From: a virus
Virus genome (UHGV): UHGV-0040013
Reading direction: 5' to 3' (one strand)
Length of the DNA stretch: 38,815 bases
Positions 24,420 through 34,326 of this stretch are shown here, piece by piece; position 1 is the stretch's first letter, and the number at the start of each line of letters is the position of its first letter. Position numbers and translations under genes: made by a program. The notes beneath the pieces were generated by a model, which was given only the letters and a program-made list of their open reading frames with translations, searched no databases and had not been told where the DNA came from.

Positions 24420-26356
24420 TGGCTGCCCCGAGTATCAACTCAAAAATCAAACTGGACGGCGAGCGGGAATACAAGGCTGCGCTGGCCGAGATCAAGAGCG
24501 GCCTGAACGTTCTGAAATCCGAGCTGAATCTCGCGTCCGAGCAGTTTCGGGATAACGCGGACAGCGTCGAAGCGCTGACCAAGAAAAATGACATCCTCGA
24601 CCGCACGATCCTGACGCAGAAGGAAAAAATCGAACAGATCGAAAAGGCGCTCCAGTCCTCGGCTTCCGCCTACGGCGAAGCCGATGAGCGCACCAATCGC
24701 TGGAAAACGCAGCTCAACAACGCACAGGCCGAATTGGTCAAAATGGAGCGTGCATTGAAGGACAACGAGGACGCGCTCCAAAAAGCCCAGAGAGAAGCAG
24801 ACGGCACGACGAACGCTTTTGGCAAGCTGAAAAAAGCCCTTTCCGACACCAAGGAACAGGGCGGCGGCCTCAAGAGTCTGTTTGCCAATCTCAAGGAGGA
24901 GTTCACCGGAAACGACGAGGTCATGCGCGGCCTTGGCGACGCACTGACGGATGTGGCCGGGAAATTTGGCATCCAGCTTCCGGAGGGCGCACAGAAGGCC
25001 GTGGAATCTCTCAACGGCATCCATGCAGGCGCAGCTTTGGCTGTGACCGGCCTTGGCCTTGTGGTCGCTGCGGTGGTCAAGACCGAAAAGGCGCTGATCT
25101 CCATGACGAAGGAGTCTGCCGCCTATGTTGACAACATTCTTACAATGTCGCAGACGACGGGCCAGTCCGCAGAACAGCTGCAGGAGTTTTCCTACGCAAC
25201 GGAGCTTATGGACGTCTCCATGGACACGCTGCAAGGCTCGCTGACCAAGCTGACCAACAATATGCAAAATGCCATCAACGGAACCGGGGATGCAAAATCC
25301 GCCTTTGAGCAGCTCGGCATTTCTCTGACAAACGCCGACGGCAGTATGCGCAGCGCAAACGACGTATTTTACGACACGATTGATGCGCTCGGCGAGGTGC
25401 AGAACGCGACGGAACGTGACGCGCTCTCCATGGACATCTTCGGACGGTCTGCGCAGGATCTCAACCCGCTGATCATCCAGGGCAGCGATACGCTGCGGGA
25501 CTATGCGAAGGAGGCGCATGACGTTGGTTATGTGCTCGACAATGAGACGTTGGACGCGCTGGGCGCTGTTGACGACGGATTCCAGCGGCTGCAAAAGACA
25601 CAGGAATCCGTCAAGAACCAAATGGCTGCGGAGTTCGCCCCGTATCTGACCAAGGCGCTGGAGGACATCCGAGAGCTGATCCAGAAGGTCGGCAAGGCAC
25701 TGGTCGAGTCCGGCGCGGTCGATGCTTTTGGCAGTATCCTCGAATCGTCCGTTGCGCTTCTGGAGCCGCTCGGCTCGCTGATCTCTGCGGTGCTCCCGGC
25801 CCTGACCGCGGCCCTGAAGCCGATCGCGCAGACAGTCGCTCTGATCGCAGATACGGCCAACGTTATTGTCGGCCTGTTTACGTTCAACGGCGATAAGATC
25901 AGAACTGCACTCGGCCTGAACGCCAGCTCCGGTCAGCTCAGCAACATGCAGCGTGCCAGCGGTGCCTATAACGGCTACCGCTATTCGCAATCTGCGGGCT
26001 GGATTACCGAGGGCACCTACACGGACGCGGAGCTGCGGTCGATGTACAACAGCGAGGTTTCCGCTGGGACTGCGCAAGGGACCTTTGAGGCGTGGAAAAA
26101 TGCCGGGTCGTGGCGCAGGAACGCCAGCGGCACAGACTGGTTTCCCGGTGGGCGGACGCTGCTGAGCGAGCACGGCGCAGAGACCGCGATCCTGCCGCAG
26201 GGCACGCGCATCCTGACCGCGCAGGAGACGCGCCAGACCGGCGGCGATACTTACAACATCACGATCGACGCCCACACGGTGCGGGAGTTTGAGGACATTC
26301 TCCGCATTGTGCAGGAGCGCCGCAGAGTGGTTCGAATGGGAGGTGCAACGGGATGA
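24416..26356 (+). CDS. tail tape measure protein
   Basis: 646 aa, coiled-coil/Ala-rich, position after chaperone pair; ATG 24419 (TTG 24416). Confidence 0.9.
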   Translation: MMAAPSINSKIKLDGEREYKAALAEIKSGLNVLKSELNLASEQFRDNADSVEALTKKNDILDRTILTQKEKIEQIEKALQSSASAYGEADERTNRWKTQLNNAQAELVKMERALKDNEDALQKAQREADGTTNAFGKLKKALSDTKEQGGGLKSLFANLKEEFTGNDEVMRGLGDALTDVAGKFGIQLPEGAQKAVESLNGIHAGAALAVTGLGLVVAAVVKTEKALISMTKESAAYVDNILTMSQTTGQSAEQLQEFSYATELMDVSMDTLQGSLTKLTNNMQNAINGTGDAKSAFEQLGISLTNADGSMRSANDVFYDTIDALGEVQNATERDALSMDIFGRSAQDLNPLIIQGSDTLRDYAKEAHDVGYVLDNETLDALGAVDDGFQRLQKTQESVKNQMAAEFAPYLTKALEDIRELIQKVGKALVESGAVDAFGSILESSVALLEPLGSLISAVLPALTAALKPIAQTVALIADTANVIVGLFTFNGDKIRTALGLNASSGQLSNMQRASGAYNGYRYSQSAGWITEGTYTDAELRSMYNSEVSAGTAQGTFEAWKNAGSWRRNASGTDWFPGGRTLLSEHGAETAILPQGTRILTAQETRQTGGDTYNITIDAHTVREFEDILRIVQERRRVVRMGGATG

Positions 26357-28332
26357 GTACAACGCTAACGCTCCAAGCGGTGCAGTCTGCGGCAACACTG
26401 TATTCTCAACCAACGACTACCTTTAACACAGAGACAGAATATTCATCTGATGCGCTTAATAACAGAGCATTTTACAAAATGTATGTCTCATTTCAGCCAA
26501 TTCCTGCCGCATATCAATTTCAGAAGGTTGAAACAATCATATCGTATCTGTACTATCGCTCGCTGTATTCTCCCGCTCACACCGAGACCGTCGGAAGCGT
26601 TGATCCGATAAGCAAATCATTCGATGCTAGCACATTAAATTACCAAAATGCACCTGGTCGTATAGGCGGCAGTAGTTATTCCCTGTATTTGTATAAAACC
26701 GGATATGATTCAAAATCATGGGTTGATGCATTTAATAGTTTTTCTAAAATTTTGAGATGTGGTTTGATGACCGATGTCTCATCATGGTATGCAGTGCAAT
26801 CATCGAGAAGCGCGAACCCTCCTTACTTGGAGGTCAGTATTGGCGATGAAATTATTGGACTAACAATATCTAATGCTGCACCATCGAACGGGTCAATTGT
26901 TGCTGCAAACAGCAATGTATTTTCATGGAAAGAAGCCGCAAGCGGAACCTGCTATGCGGAGATTTCTCGCACGTCTGCAAAATTCCGCTGGCGCAAATCT
27001 GCATCCGACACAGTCAAGGAGATCGCCGTGCCCGGCACGGCTACCTCCATCACCATCCAGGCAAATACTTTTTCCGGAGACAGCATCCAGTGGCAGATCA
27101 GCGTGGTCGCGAACAGCGGCGTCACCACGACCTCCGATTGGATGACGCTCTCGCTGACCGACGTGGAATCCACAGCCGTTGCGGTTGCTCCTGACCGGGC
27201 AGTCCTTGACGGATCGTCCGACAACGTATTCAAATGGGAACATGTCATTTCGACCGGCACGGCCCAAACGAAGGCCGAATTGCAGCAGAGCACGGACGGC
27301 AGCACATGGACGGCGCTGGCAACCGTCACCGGTGCAGCCAACACATGGACAGCTCCTGCCGGGACGTTTACCTCCGGCACAAAATACTGGCGCGTGCGGA
27401 CGTACAATTCCAAGGGTGCTGCGGGCGCATGGAGCGCTGCCACACAGTTTATTGTGCTGGCCGCCCCTGCAACACCGCCCGTGTCTATCGTGTCCACAGA
27501 GCCGCGCCCGGAGATCCGCTGGCAGTCGGATGAACAGCAAGCCTACCAAGTCGAGATTGACGGCGTCTATGCCTCCGGTACGCGCTTCGGAACCAGGAAG
27601 ACGTGGAAGGCGCCGTTCTATCTGGCTGACGGCAACTACACCGTTCGCGTCCGTGTGCAGAACGAATACGGCTTCTGGTCGCCGTGGGGCACGGCGGCGC
27701 TCCCGGTCACGAACGTACCGGGCGGTGCGATCACGCTGACCGCCGAGGGCGGCATCGAGGCGGCACTCAGCTGGACGCCGGGCAGCTTTGACTACTATCT
27801 GGTCTACCGGGACGGCGTGGCCATTGCAAAGGTCACGGAACCGAGCTACACCGATGCAGCCAGCATTGGTGGTGTGCGCTATCAGGTGCGCGGCTGCTAT
27901 GACAACAGCGACAATTACAGTCTGTCCGAAGCCGTGGAGGTCACGGCCCGCACAGACAAAGTCCGACTCTACGACATGGAGCGCGGCGAGTGGCTGCATT
28001 TCCTCTATGATTCTTCGGCACACCGCAGCACGGGTCTGAGCCTGTCCCAGGACATCCAATATATCCAGCTCTCCGGGCACACCTACCCGGTCGCCGAGCG
28101 GAGCGAATTTAAGTCCCGCGCGCTGCGGATCACCTGCGTCTGCGCAGACGATGCGGAGCGGCAGGCTCTGCGGGCGCTGCTCGGCCACCTGACCTGCTGC
28201 AAGACGCCGGAGGGCAACATGACCATTGGCTACCCGTCCAGCATCTCGGAAAGCTCCGATGATTTCTTCAGCACCTATTCTTTCACCATCGAGCAGATCG
28301 ACCGAAAGGAGGAAATCGACCTTGATTCGTGA
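26353..28332 (+). CDS. distal tail protein (Dit)-like with AT-rich N-terminal domain and fibronectin-III-like repeats
   Basis: 659 aa after TMP; repeated FN3-like units (...GTKYWRVRTYNSKGAAGAWS..., ...YQVEIDGVYASG..., ...YLVYRDGVAIAKV...) and C-terminal tail-component-like region; N-terminal about 170 codons visibly lower GC. Confidence 0.65.
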   Translation: MSTTLTLQAVQSAATLYSQPTTTFNTETEYSSDALNNRAFYKMYVSFQPIPAAYQFQKVETIISYLYYRSLYSPAHTETVGSVDPISKSFDASTLNYQNAPGRIGGSSYSLYLYKTGYDSKSWVDAFNSFSKILRCGLMTDVSSWYAVQSSRSANPPYLEVSIGDEIIGLTISNAAPSNGSIVAANSNVFSWKEAASGTCYAEISRTSAKFRWRKSASDTVKEIAVPGTATSITIQANTFSGDSIQWQISVVANSGVTTTSDWMTLSLTDVESTAVAVAPDRAVLDGSSDNVFKWEHVISTGTAQTKAELQQSTDGSTWTALATVTGAANTWTAPAGTFTSGTKYWRVRTYNSKGAAGAWSAATQFIVLAAPATPPVSIVSTEPRPEIRWQSDEQQAYQVEIDGVYASGTRFGTRKTWKAPFYLADGNYTVRVRVQNEYGFWSPWGTAALPVTNVPGGAITLTAEGGIEAALSWTPGSFDYYLVYRDGVAIAKVTEPSYTDAASIGGVRYQVRGCYDNSDNYSLSEAVEVTARTDKVRLYDMERGEWLHFLYDSSAHRSTGLSLSQDIQYIQLSGHTYPVAERSEFKSRALRITCVCADDAERQALRALLGHLTCCKTPEGNMTIGYPSSISESSDDFFSTYSFTIEQIDRKEEIDLDS

Positions 28333-29365
28333 CATCTCCTACCACGTCAACGTCCTGCGCAACGGAGCCGAGTTTGCCCGGCTCCATTGGCGCAGCGGCG
28401 ACAATCCCAATATCATGGTCAACAAGGACGCCGAGATCAAAGGCAGCTTCTCCGGGCGGTTCTACGTGCCCGACACAGTCGACCTGCTGTCAGACGAGCT
28501 GCAGCCCGTCATGCGGCTGAACGGCGTGGAAACGCCGCTGGGCGTCTTCCAGACGGCCACTCCGAGCCGCGCGACCGACCGCTACAACACGGTCGTCCAG
28601 ATCGAGGCATACGACCGCTGCTGGCGGCTGCAAAACCAGCGCACGGAGAACATCCTGCACATCGCCGCCGGCACGTCCTACATTACGAAGATCCGCCAGA
28701 TGCTTACGGAGGCCGGGATCGGGCTGGTCATTGCGGCTCCGTCCACAGCCACGCTCCAGACAGACCGCGAGGATTGGGAGATTGGTACGACCTATCTGGC
28801 CATCATCAATCAGCTTCTGGCCGAGATCAATTACAGCGATGTGTGGTTCGACGGCAGCGGCATCGCGCATTTGGAGCCGTATGAACAGCCCAGCGCCGAC
28901 CGCATCGATCATGCCTATTCCGATACCGACGTTGTCCACGCGCAGCCGATCGGACCAGATCACAACGACGAGACGGACATTTTCAATGCGCCGAACGTCT
29001 TTGTCCGAATCTGCAGCAACCCGGATCTCGACGCCGACATGGTGGCCACGGCGGTCAATGAATCCCCGACGTCCAGCACGTCCACGTTCAAACGCAAAAT
29101 GCGCATCGTGGATGTGCAGCGTGTGGACAACATTGCGAGCCAAGATGAGCTTCAGGCCGCTGCCGACCGCGCCCGGAATGAATCGATGTTAGCGGCGCGA
29201 ACCATCACATTTCAGACACTCAACGAGCCGGGCCACGGCGTCGGGGACATCATCTCCATCGACGACCCGGAACTGGCTGGAATCTACGAGGAGACCGGCT
29301 GGTCGCTGACCATGGCCGCCGGCCAGATGATGCAGCACACAGCAAAAAGGACGGTGATTGCATGA
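28322..29365 (+). CDS. tail-associated (Tal / baseplate hub N-terminal-like) protein, short form
   Basis: TTG 28322 with AAGGAGGAAA SD; 347 aa; synteny after Dit. Confidence 0.6.
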   Translation: MIRDISYHVNVLRNGAEFARLHWRSGDNPNIMVNKDAEIKGSFSGRFYVPDTVDLLSDELQPVMRLNGVETPLGVFQTATPSRATDRYNTVVQIEAYDRCWRLQNQRTENILHIAAGTSYITKIRQMLTEAGIGLVIAAPSTATLQTDREDWEIGTTYLAIINQLLAEINYSDVWFDGSGIAHLEPYEQPSADRIDHAYSDTDVVHAQPIGPDHNDETDIFNAPNVFVRICSNPDLDADMVATAVNESPTSSTSTFKRKMRIVDVQRVDNIASQDELQAAADRARNESMLAARTITFQTLNEPGHGVGDIISIDDPELAGIYEETGWSLTMAAGQMMQHTAKRTVIA

Positions 29366-29601
29366 TGGATCTGTTTACGGCCACGCTGGAAAGCCCGCAG
29401 GAATCGCCGCTGCTCTCGCTGGCGACCATCGGCGCGAAGTACACGGACGGCGTCTCGCTGATCTTCCCCGGCCAGCCCGAGGCAACTGCGAAGCACTACC
29501 GCTGCAATCCGGATGTCACCTTTGCCGCCGGCAACCGCGTCCTGATCGCCCGCGTCAGCGGCAGCTATGTGGTGCTGTGCAAGGTCGGCAAGCCAAAGTA
29601 A
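29362..29601 (+). CDS. hypothetical tail-region protein (79 aa)
   Basis: ATGA overlap, compact operon. Confidence 0.5.
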   Translation: MMDLFTATLESPQESPLLSLATIGAKYTDGVSLIFPGQPEATAKHYRCNPDVTFAAGNRVLIARVSGSYVVLCKVGKPK

Positions 29602-29611
29602 GGAGGTAGCT

Positions 29612-29932
29612 ATGAGCCTAAAAATCATGCAGGGCGACCAGTACGCCATTGTATTTACTGGGACGCAGGACGGCGCGCCGCTCGACCTATCCAAGATTGA
29701 GATGATCGAGTTCATTGTCGGCAAGCTGCGCAAGGTGTATCCCGGCGAGGTCACGACGGATACAGACGGAAACTTCCTGTTCCCTCTGACGCAGGAGGAA
29801 ACCTTCCAGTTCAAAAGTGCCTCTCAGGCCGTCCAGATCCGCGTCAAATTCGCCGGCGCGGAGCCGGTGGTCATCGGCACCAGCATTGAGGGCATCCGCG
29901 TGAGCGATTCCATCAGTAAGGTGGTGTTGTGA
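29612..29932 (+). CDS. hypothetical tail-region protein (106 aa)
   Basis: AAGGAGGTAGCT SD. Confidence 0.55.
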   Translation: MSLKIMQGDQYAIVFTGTQDGAPLDLSKIEMIEFIVGKLRKVYPGEVTTDTDGNFLFPLTQEETFQFKSASQAVQIRVKFAGAEPVVIGTSIEGIRVSDSISKVVL

Positions 29933-30123
29933 TGATCCACTTTGACATCGGCGGGAAGCCGAGCATCCAATTCAGCCTGCCGCCCTTGCGGGTGTCACCC
30001 GGCGGCAGTGGCGGCGGAAACGTCTCATCCGCGCAGATCAACACCATTGTAGTCCTCGACCGGGCGGAATATGACGCGCTGGCCGTCAAGGACGCGAAGA
30101 CACTGTATCTGATTCGGGGGTGA
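29929..30123 (+). CDS. hypothetical small protein (64 aa)
   Basis: ATGA overlap. Confidence 0.45.
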   Translation: MMIHFDIGGKPSIQFSLPPLRVSPGGSGGGNVSSAQINTIVVLDRAEYDALAVKDAKTLYLIRG

Positions 30124-30127
30124 CGGA

Positions 30128-30271
30128 ATGATCACAGTCGGAGAAGAGCAGCTCAAGGAGTTGTTTGTCGGTGAGATGGGCATTAAGAAGGCCTGCATCG
30201 GCGAAGAACCCATCTATACCCGCCCGGGCGGATATTTATACATCGAACTGAGCGAAAAGAAAGGGGCATAA
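30128..30271 (+). CDS. hypothetical small protein (47 aa)
   Basis: Not in ORF track; GGGGTGA SD, ATG 30128, TAA 30269-30271, fills gap before next gene. Confidence 0.35.
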   Translation: MITVGEEQLKELFVGEMGIKKACIGEEPIYTRPGGYLYIELSEKKGA

Positions 30272-30274
30272 CCT

Positions 30275-30937
30275 ATGGCAAGTTTTTTCAATCTAATTCT
30301 TGATACGCTTGCACCATCTGGGCTGACACTGAAGCTCAACAGCGGCGCGACGTATGCAACCAGCAACACCGTCACCGCAACGATTACGCTGACGGATGAA
30401 ACCAAGACCGGCTACCAGATGAAGCTCTGGGGCATCAAGGCGGCTGCAACGGAAGAGGACGCATCGTGGGAAACCTTTGCGGCCAGCAAGTCTATCGTCC
30501 TGACGGAAGGCGATGGCCTGAAAACCGTGCATATCAAGGTGCGGGATGACGTCGGCAACGAAACGGCTGCGGTCACAGCGTCTATCACGGTCAACACGGC
30601 AGTTCCGGTGGTCACAATCACTGGTCCCGATAAGACCAGGATTTCCAAAGTCTCCGGCTTCGACACCTGTGCGTTCTCCTTCACCTGCGACGTGGACTTC
30701 GAGGAATACACGGTGCGTGTTGTGCCGAGCACCAGCAGCCTCCACGACGCCGGCACGCAGATCCCGACCACTGGCGGTTCCACAAACACCTCCGGCAGCA
30801 AGGGCGGCTACAAGAAGGCCACGGCGATTGATGTCACCATCAAGGGCGTCGACCTTGCGACGGCATCCTCCGGCGACGGCACGAAGATCATCAAGGTCTT
30901 TGTGAAGAACGCCGCCGGGACTTGGAGTGTGGCATAA
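30275..30937 (+). CDS. bacterial Ig-like domain tail/fibre protein
   Basis: 220 aa, Thr/Ser/Val-rich beta pattern typical of BIG/Ig-like folds (…TVTATITLTDETKTG…VTASITVNTAVPVVTITGP…). Confidence 0.6.
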   Translation: MASFFNLILDTLAPSGLTLKLNSGATYATSNTVTATITLTDETKTGYQMKLWGIKAAATEEDASWETFAASKSIVLTEGDGLKTVHIKVRDDVGNETAAVTASITVNTAVPVVTITGPDKTRISKVSGFDTCAFSFTCDVDFEEYTVRVVPSTSSLHDAGTQIPTTGGSTNTSGSKGGYKKATAIDVTIKGVDLATASSGDGTKIIKVFVKNAAGTWSVA

Positions 30938-31314
30938 TGGCCGCGCCGGGACTGACGTTCACCATCACGGGGAATAAGATTTCGGCAGTCTCCGGTTTCG
31001 ATTCCATCACCGTTAAATTCTCGTCGGACATCGCCTACACGGCCTTTGAATGCCGCGCGACGAAAACCGGCGAGGACTGGGGGCGAGGGAAAGGGGCGCT
31101 CATTGCGTCCTTTTCCCAGACCCCGGCGGGGACGGAGCGAACCTTTGAGGTCTACGACGATTTCCTCCTGAATGGTGATGGAGAATATCGAATCTCCCTC
31201 TACGCACAGGGGGTGGACGGGAGCTGGAATGATAACTATGGTTTTGTGCCGTCCGGCACGACCAAGACCATGCTGACGGCAGACGGCAAGGAATTTCTCT
31301 GCATGAAGGAGTGA
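30937..31314 (+). CDS. hypothetical tail-fibre-associated protein sharing VSGFD motif with preceding gene
   Basis: ATG 30937 overlaps TAA; ISAVSGFDSITVKFS echoes ISKVSGFDTCAFSFT of upstream protein. Confidence 0.55.
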   Translation: MAAPGLTFTITGNKISAVSGFDSITVKFSSDIAYTAFECRATKTGEDWGRGKGALIASFSQTPAGTERTFEVYDDFLLNGDGEYRISLYAQGVDGSWNDNYGFVPSGTTKTMLTADGKEFLCMKE

Positions 31315-31318
31315 TTTT

Positions 31319-31516
31319 ATGGCAGACCAGTACAATAGCGCGCACACTGGCGCAGAGATCGATCAGGCGGTGTCTGACGTCCAGAACAACAAGGTCGCAT
31401 GGGGCACGAAGGAGCTGCCCGCGGTCACTACTGCTGACAATGGGAAATTCCTGCGTGTTGTTTCCGGGGCATGGGCGGCTGTAGAGATCGCAAACGCGAA
31501 TGGAGGTAGCTTCTGA
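31319..31516 (+). CDS. hypothetical small protein (65 aa)
   Basis: Compact spacing; no motif. Confidence 0.45.
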   Translation: MADQYNSAHTGAEIDQAVSDVQNNKVAWGTKELPAVTTADNGKFLRVVSGAWAAVEIANANGGSF

Positions 31517-32658
31517 TGGCTGAGCTTTTGACAAACACAACCGACCTTACAAAGGTTGCATCAGCTATTCGGGAGAAGGGCGGCACATCTGACCCACTGG
31601 TCTACCCGGACGGATTTGTGACAGCGATTCAGGCGATTCAGACCGGGACAGAACTGCAAATCATCGTGTCTGTGACGTCTGGCGCAACTGTTACCGCGAC
31701 GAAAGGAAGCAAGGTCGTGAGTGGCACATCTGTCAACAATTCTTGTGCTCTTACTGTGCCTGAAGAAGGAGAATGGACGGTTAGTGCAACATTGGGTGGG
31801 GAAACGAGCACTAGTAATATCGTGAACGTTACATCTTCGTATGATACAACTCTGGTATTTGCATCAACCACATTGAATGATAATTCATGGGAAACCATTC
31901 GTGGCATTTCTGATGCTGGAAGAGGCGCGAACTTTTGGAGCATCGGCGACCGAAAGGCGGTCACGCTGAACGGCACAGTTGGTGCGTTGACACTTTCTAA
32001 CTTCACGACGTATGCGTTTATCATCGGCTTCAACCATAATTCCAGCCTTGAGGGTGCAAATCGAATCCATTTTCAACTTGCAAAAACGGCGATTTCCGGC
32101 GGCAAAACTATTGGACTATGTGATCCGGGCTATAACACTCAGAACTATGAAAGTGGGTTTATCATGAATCCCGGCTCATCAAATAGTGCGGGATGGAGAG
32201 ACTCACACATGCGTAATGACATTTGTGGCACAAGTCTTATGAGCTATGCAGGGACAATGATTGCTGTTATCCCAGAGGAACTTCGCGCCGCCATTAAATC
32301 AGTTACAAAGTATACAGATAATGCCAGTAACGGTAGCACTTCCTCGGAGAGCAACATCACAGCAACAAATGATTATTTTTTCCTGCTAGGCGAATTTGAA
32401 GTGCGCGGGACTATTGACACTAGTACCACTAACCAGTACGAAGCAATAAAACAAGCCCAGTATGCGTACTATACCGCTGGAAATAATCCGTCTGCCTATA
32501 GGCATGATAAAACGACTGAGTATGCGGCTTGGTGGCTTCGCTCTCGAGATGGAAATTCGTTTCGCGCTGTTATTAACATGAATCAGGCAAGTTATGTGAC
32601 TTATAGTAGTCTATACCATGCAACCGATCTCGCCTTAGTAGTGGGCTTTTGCGTATGA
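31516..32658 (+). CDS. putative receptor-binding protein / tail fibre (low-GC cassette)
   Basis: 380 aa, Ser/Thr/Asn-rich, clearly lower GC than flanking tail genes; position at distal end of tail module. Confidence 0.6.
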   Translation: MAELLTNTTDLTKVASAIREKGGTSDPLVYPDGFVTAIQAIQTGTELQIIVSVTSGATVTATKGSKVVSGTSVNNSCALTVPEEGEWTVSATLGGETSTSNIVNVTSSYDTTLVFASTTLNDNSWETIRGISDAGRGANFWSIGDRKAVTLNGTVGALTLSNFTTYAFIIGFNHNSSLEGANRIHFQLAKTAISGGKTIGLCDPGYNTQNYESGFIMNPGSSNSAGWRDSHMRNDICGTSLMSYAGTMIAVIPEELRAAIKSVTKYTDNASNGSTSSESNITATNDYFFLLGEFEVRGTIDTSTTNQYEAIKQAQYAYYTAGNNPSAYRHDKTTEYAAWWLRSRDGNSFRAVINMNQASYVTYSSLYHATDLALVVGFCV

Positions 32659-32667
32659 GGTACGGAT

Positions 32668-33036
32668 ATGGACTACATCACATACAAACGCTTCAAGGGA
32701 AAATCCATCTCTGGGGAGGTCAACATCCCGTTCGGCACAGTTTTACGAGAACGAGGTGGGTTCCTCTATCTCGGAGAAAAGCCGATCTGCTGTGTGACGA
32801 GCGAAAACGGCTGGGAGCACTTTCGGCCAGACACCGACGAGGGACAGAGGCGGCAAGCGATACTGGAAAAGCTCTATTGCTGGTACAACAAGCACGGCTG
32901 CGGCGAGGACTTTGTAGATGAGCTGTGGCCGGGACAGGAAAACGGCTACTGGAAGAACCGGTTGAGAACGGCCAGCACGGAACGGTTGAAACAGATCTAT
33001 TTTGAGAAATTCGGGGTGATACCATGTATGCAGTAA
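32668..33036 (+). CDS. hypothetical protein (122 aa)
   Basis: GAGGTACGGAT SD. Confidence 0.5.
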   Translation: MDYITYKRFKGKSISGEVNIPFGTVLRERGGFLYLGEKPICCVTSENGWEHFRPDTDEGQRRQAILEKLYCWYNKHGCGEDFVDELWPGQENGYWKNRLRTASTERLKQIYFEKFGVIPCMQ

Positions 33037-33335
33037 AAAAAGACGGCGCATTTGCCGGGTATGCGGACAGTATTGTGCTCATCAAACTGCACGGCAACGG
33101 CTGCTATGTACCATGCGAGGAAGCCGAGTCCGAGGGCTTTTGTGCGAAGATGGCCGTGACGCTGACCGACAAGGACGGGAAGGAATATCAGGCACTGTCT
33201 GATACGGTGTTCCGGCTGGCGGGCAAGCTGCTGAAAGGCACAGAACCAGAGGGCAGCTATGAGGAAATGGGCGCGGCAATGCCGCTGACGGATGCAGAAA
33301 CAGCGGCGAAAATTTTACTTGGGGAGGCAGAATGA
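33024..33335 (+). CDS. hypothetical protein (103 aa)
   Basis: Operon context. Confidence 0.5.
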   Translation: MYAVKKDGAFAGYADSIVLIKLHGNGCYVPCEEAESEGFCAKMAVTLTDKDGKEYQALSDTVFRLAGKLLKGTEPEGSYEEMGAAMPLTDAETAAKILLGEAE

Positions 33336-33736
33336 TGATGACCTATACAGAAAGGGCCAGAGCACTACGTCCCTATATTGAAAAAGCGTCTGTGAGCCTA
33401 GCTGATGAAGATGCGCTGCAAGCAGTAGAGTTGTTTCCCCAGTGGGTGACAGGCCATGCTTATGCGGTCGATGAGCGGCTGCAATATAATGGCGTATTAT
33501 ATCGCGTGGTTCAGGCGCATACCTCACAGGCAGACTGGACACCGGACATTACACCGGCGCTGTTTGTGGTTGTTTCACTGGACGAATGGCCGGAATTCGT
33601 ACAGCCTACTGGTGCGCATGATGCCTACAAAAAGGGCGACAAGGTTACGTTTGAGGGCAAGCACTATATCAGCCTGATCGACGCGAACGTGTATTCGCCC
33701 ACAGCATATCCGGCAGGCTGGCAGGAACAGACATAA
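33332..33736 (+). CDS. carbohydrate-binding-module (CBM5/12-like) protein
   Basis: Two W-x-G-x-Y...Y-x-G/H...W-x-P aromatic repeats (…WVTGHAYAVDERLQYNGVLYRVVQAHTSQADWTP… and …YKKGDKVTFEGKHYISLIDANVYSPTAYPAGW…). Confidence 0.55.
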   Translation: MMMTYTERARALRPYIEKASVSLADEDALQAVELFPQWVTGHAYAVDERLQYNGVLYRVVQAHTSQADWTPDITPALFVVVSLDEWPEFVQPTGAHDAYKKGDKVTFEGKHYISLIDANVYSPTAYPAGWQEQT

Positions 33737-33760
33737 AAATACCGGGAAAGGAAGTAAGAG

Positions 33761-34057
33761 ATGGATGATGGAATTCAGGCAAAGATCGCCGAAATCGAGG
33801 CCCGCAGCAAGAGCAACACGCATCGGATTGACGACCTAGAGGAGGACAACCGGGCGCTGCACACGCTGGCGACATCGGTCGAAGTCCTCGCCACGAAGCA
33901 GGAGACGATCGAGGCCAATATCAGCGAGATCAAGGATGATGTTAAGAGCCTCAAGGCCATTCCGGGCGGGAAATGGGAGGCGCTGGTCAAGGCGGTCGTG
34001 ACGGCCATTGTGGGGGCGCTGGTCGGCTTCGCGCTGGCTCATGCGGGGATCGTGTGA
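33761..34057 (+). CDS. xhlA: XhlA-family lysis-associated (haemolysin-like) membrane protein
   Basis: 98 aa: N-terminal coiled coil, C-terminal TM WEALVKAVVTAIVGALVGFALAHAGIV; layout as in Bacillus XhlA. Confidence 0.65.
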   Translation: MDDGIQAKIAEIEARSKSNTHRIDDLEEDNRALHTLATSVEVLATKQETIEANISEIKDDVKSLKAIPGGKWEALVKAVVTAIVGALVGFALAHAGIV

Positions 34058-34314
34058 TGGAGACTTCGAAGAAGCTGCTGATTGGCAGCGCGGCGGCAAG
34101 CGTCGCTTGCATTATCCTGAATGTGCTCGGCGTGCTGAGTGTAGAGGTCACCTTGGCAGTCATCGGATTTGCGACGGCGATTGGGATGTTTTACCTCTGG
34201 AAGGCCAAGAACGAGAACAGAAGTAAATACGCAATCAAGTACATCAAGAGCCTGCCGGAAACGTATACGGCAGAGGAAAAGGCACGGTTTTTGGAGATCG
34301 TGCTGAAGGATTGA
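34057..34314 (+). CDS. holin-like small membrane protein (2 TM)
   Basis: ATGA overlap with xhlA; two hydrophobic helices then basic C-terminus. Confidence 0.5.
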   Translation: METSKKLLIGSAAASVACIILNVLGVLSVEVTLAVIGFATAIGMFYLWKAKNENRSKYAIKYIKSLPETYTAEEKARFLEIVLKD

Positions 34315-34326
34315 AAGGAGAAAACT

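Noticed and set aside
24440-26413. 657-aa minus-strand ORF antisense to the tape-measure gene
   Set aside because: High-GC antisense artefact; TMP reading frame is the one supported by synteny and frameshift geometry.
26923-28335. 470-aa minus-strand ORF antisense to the Dit-like gene
   Set aside because: High-GC antisense artefact.
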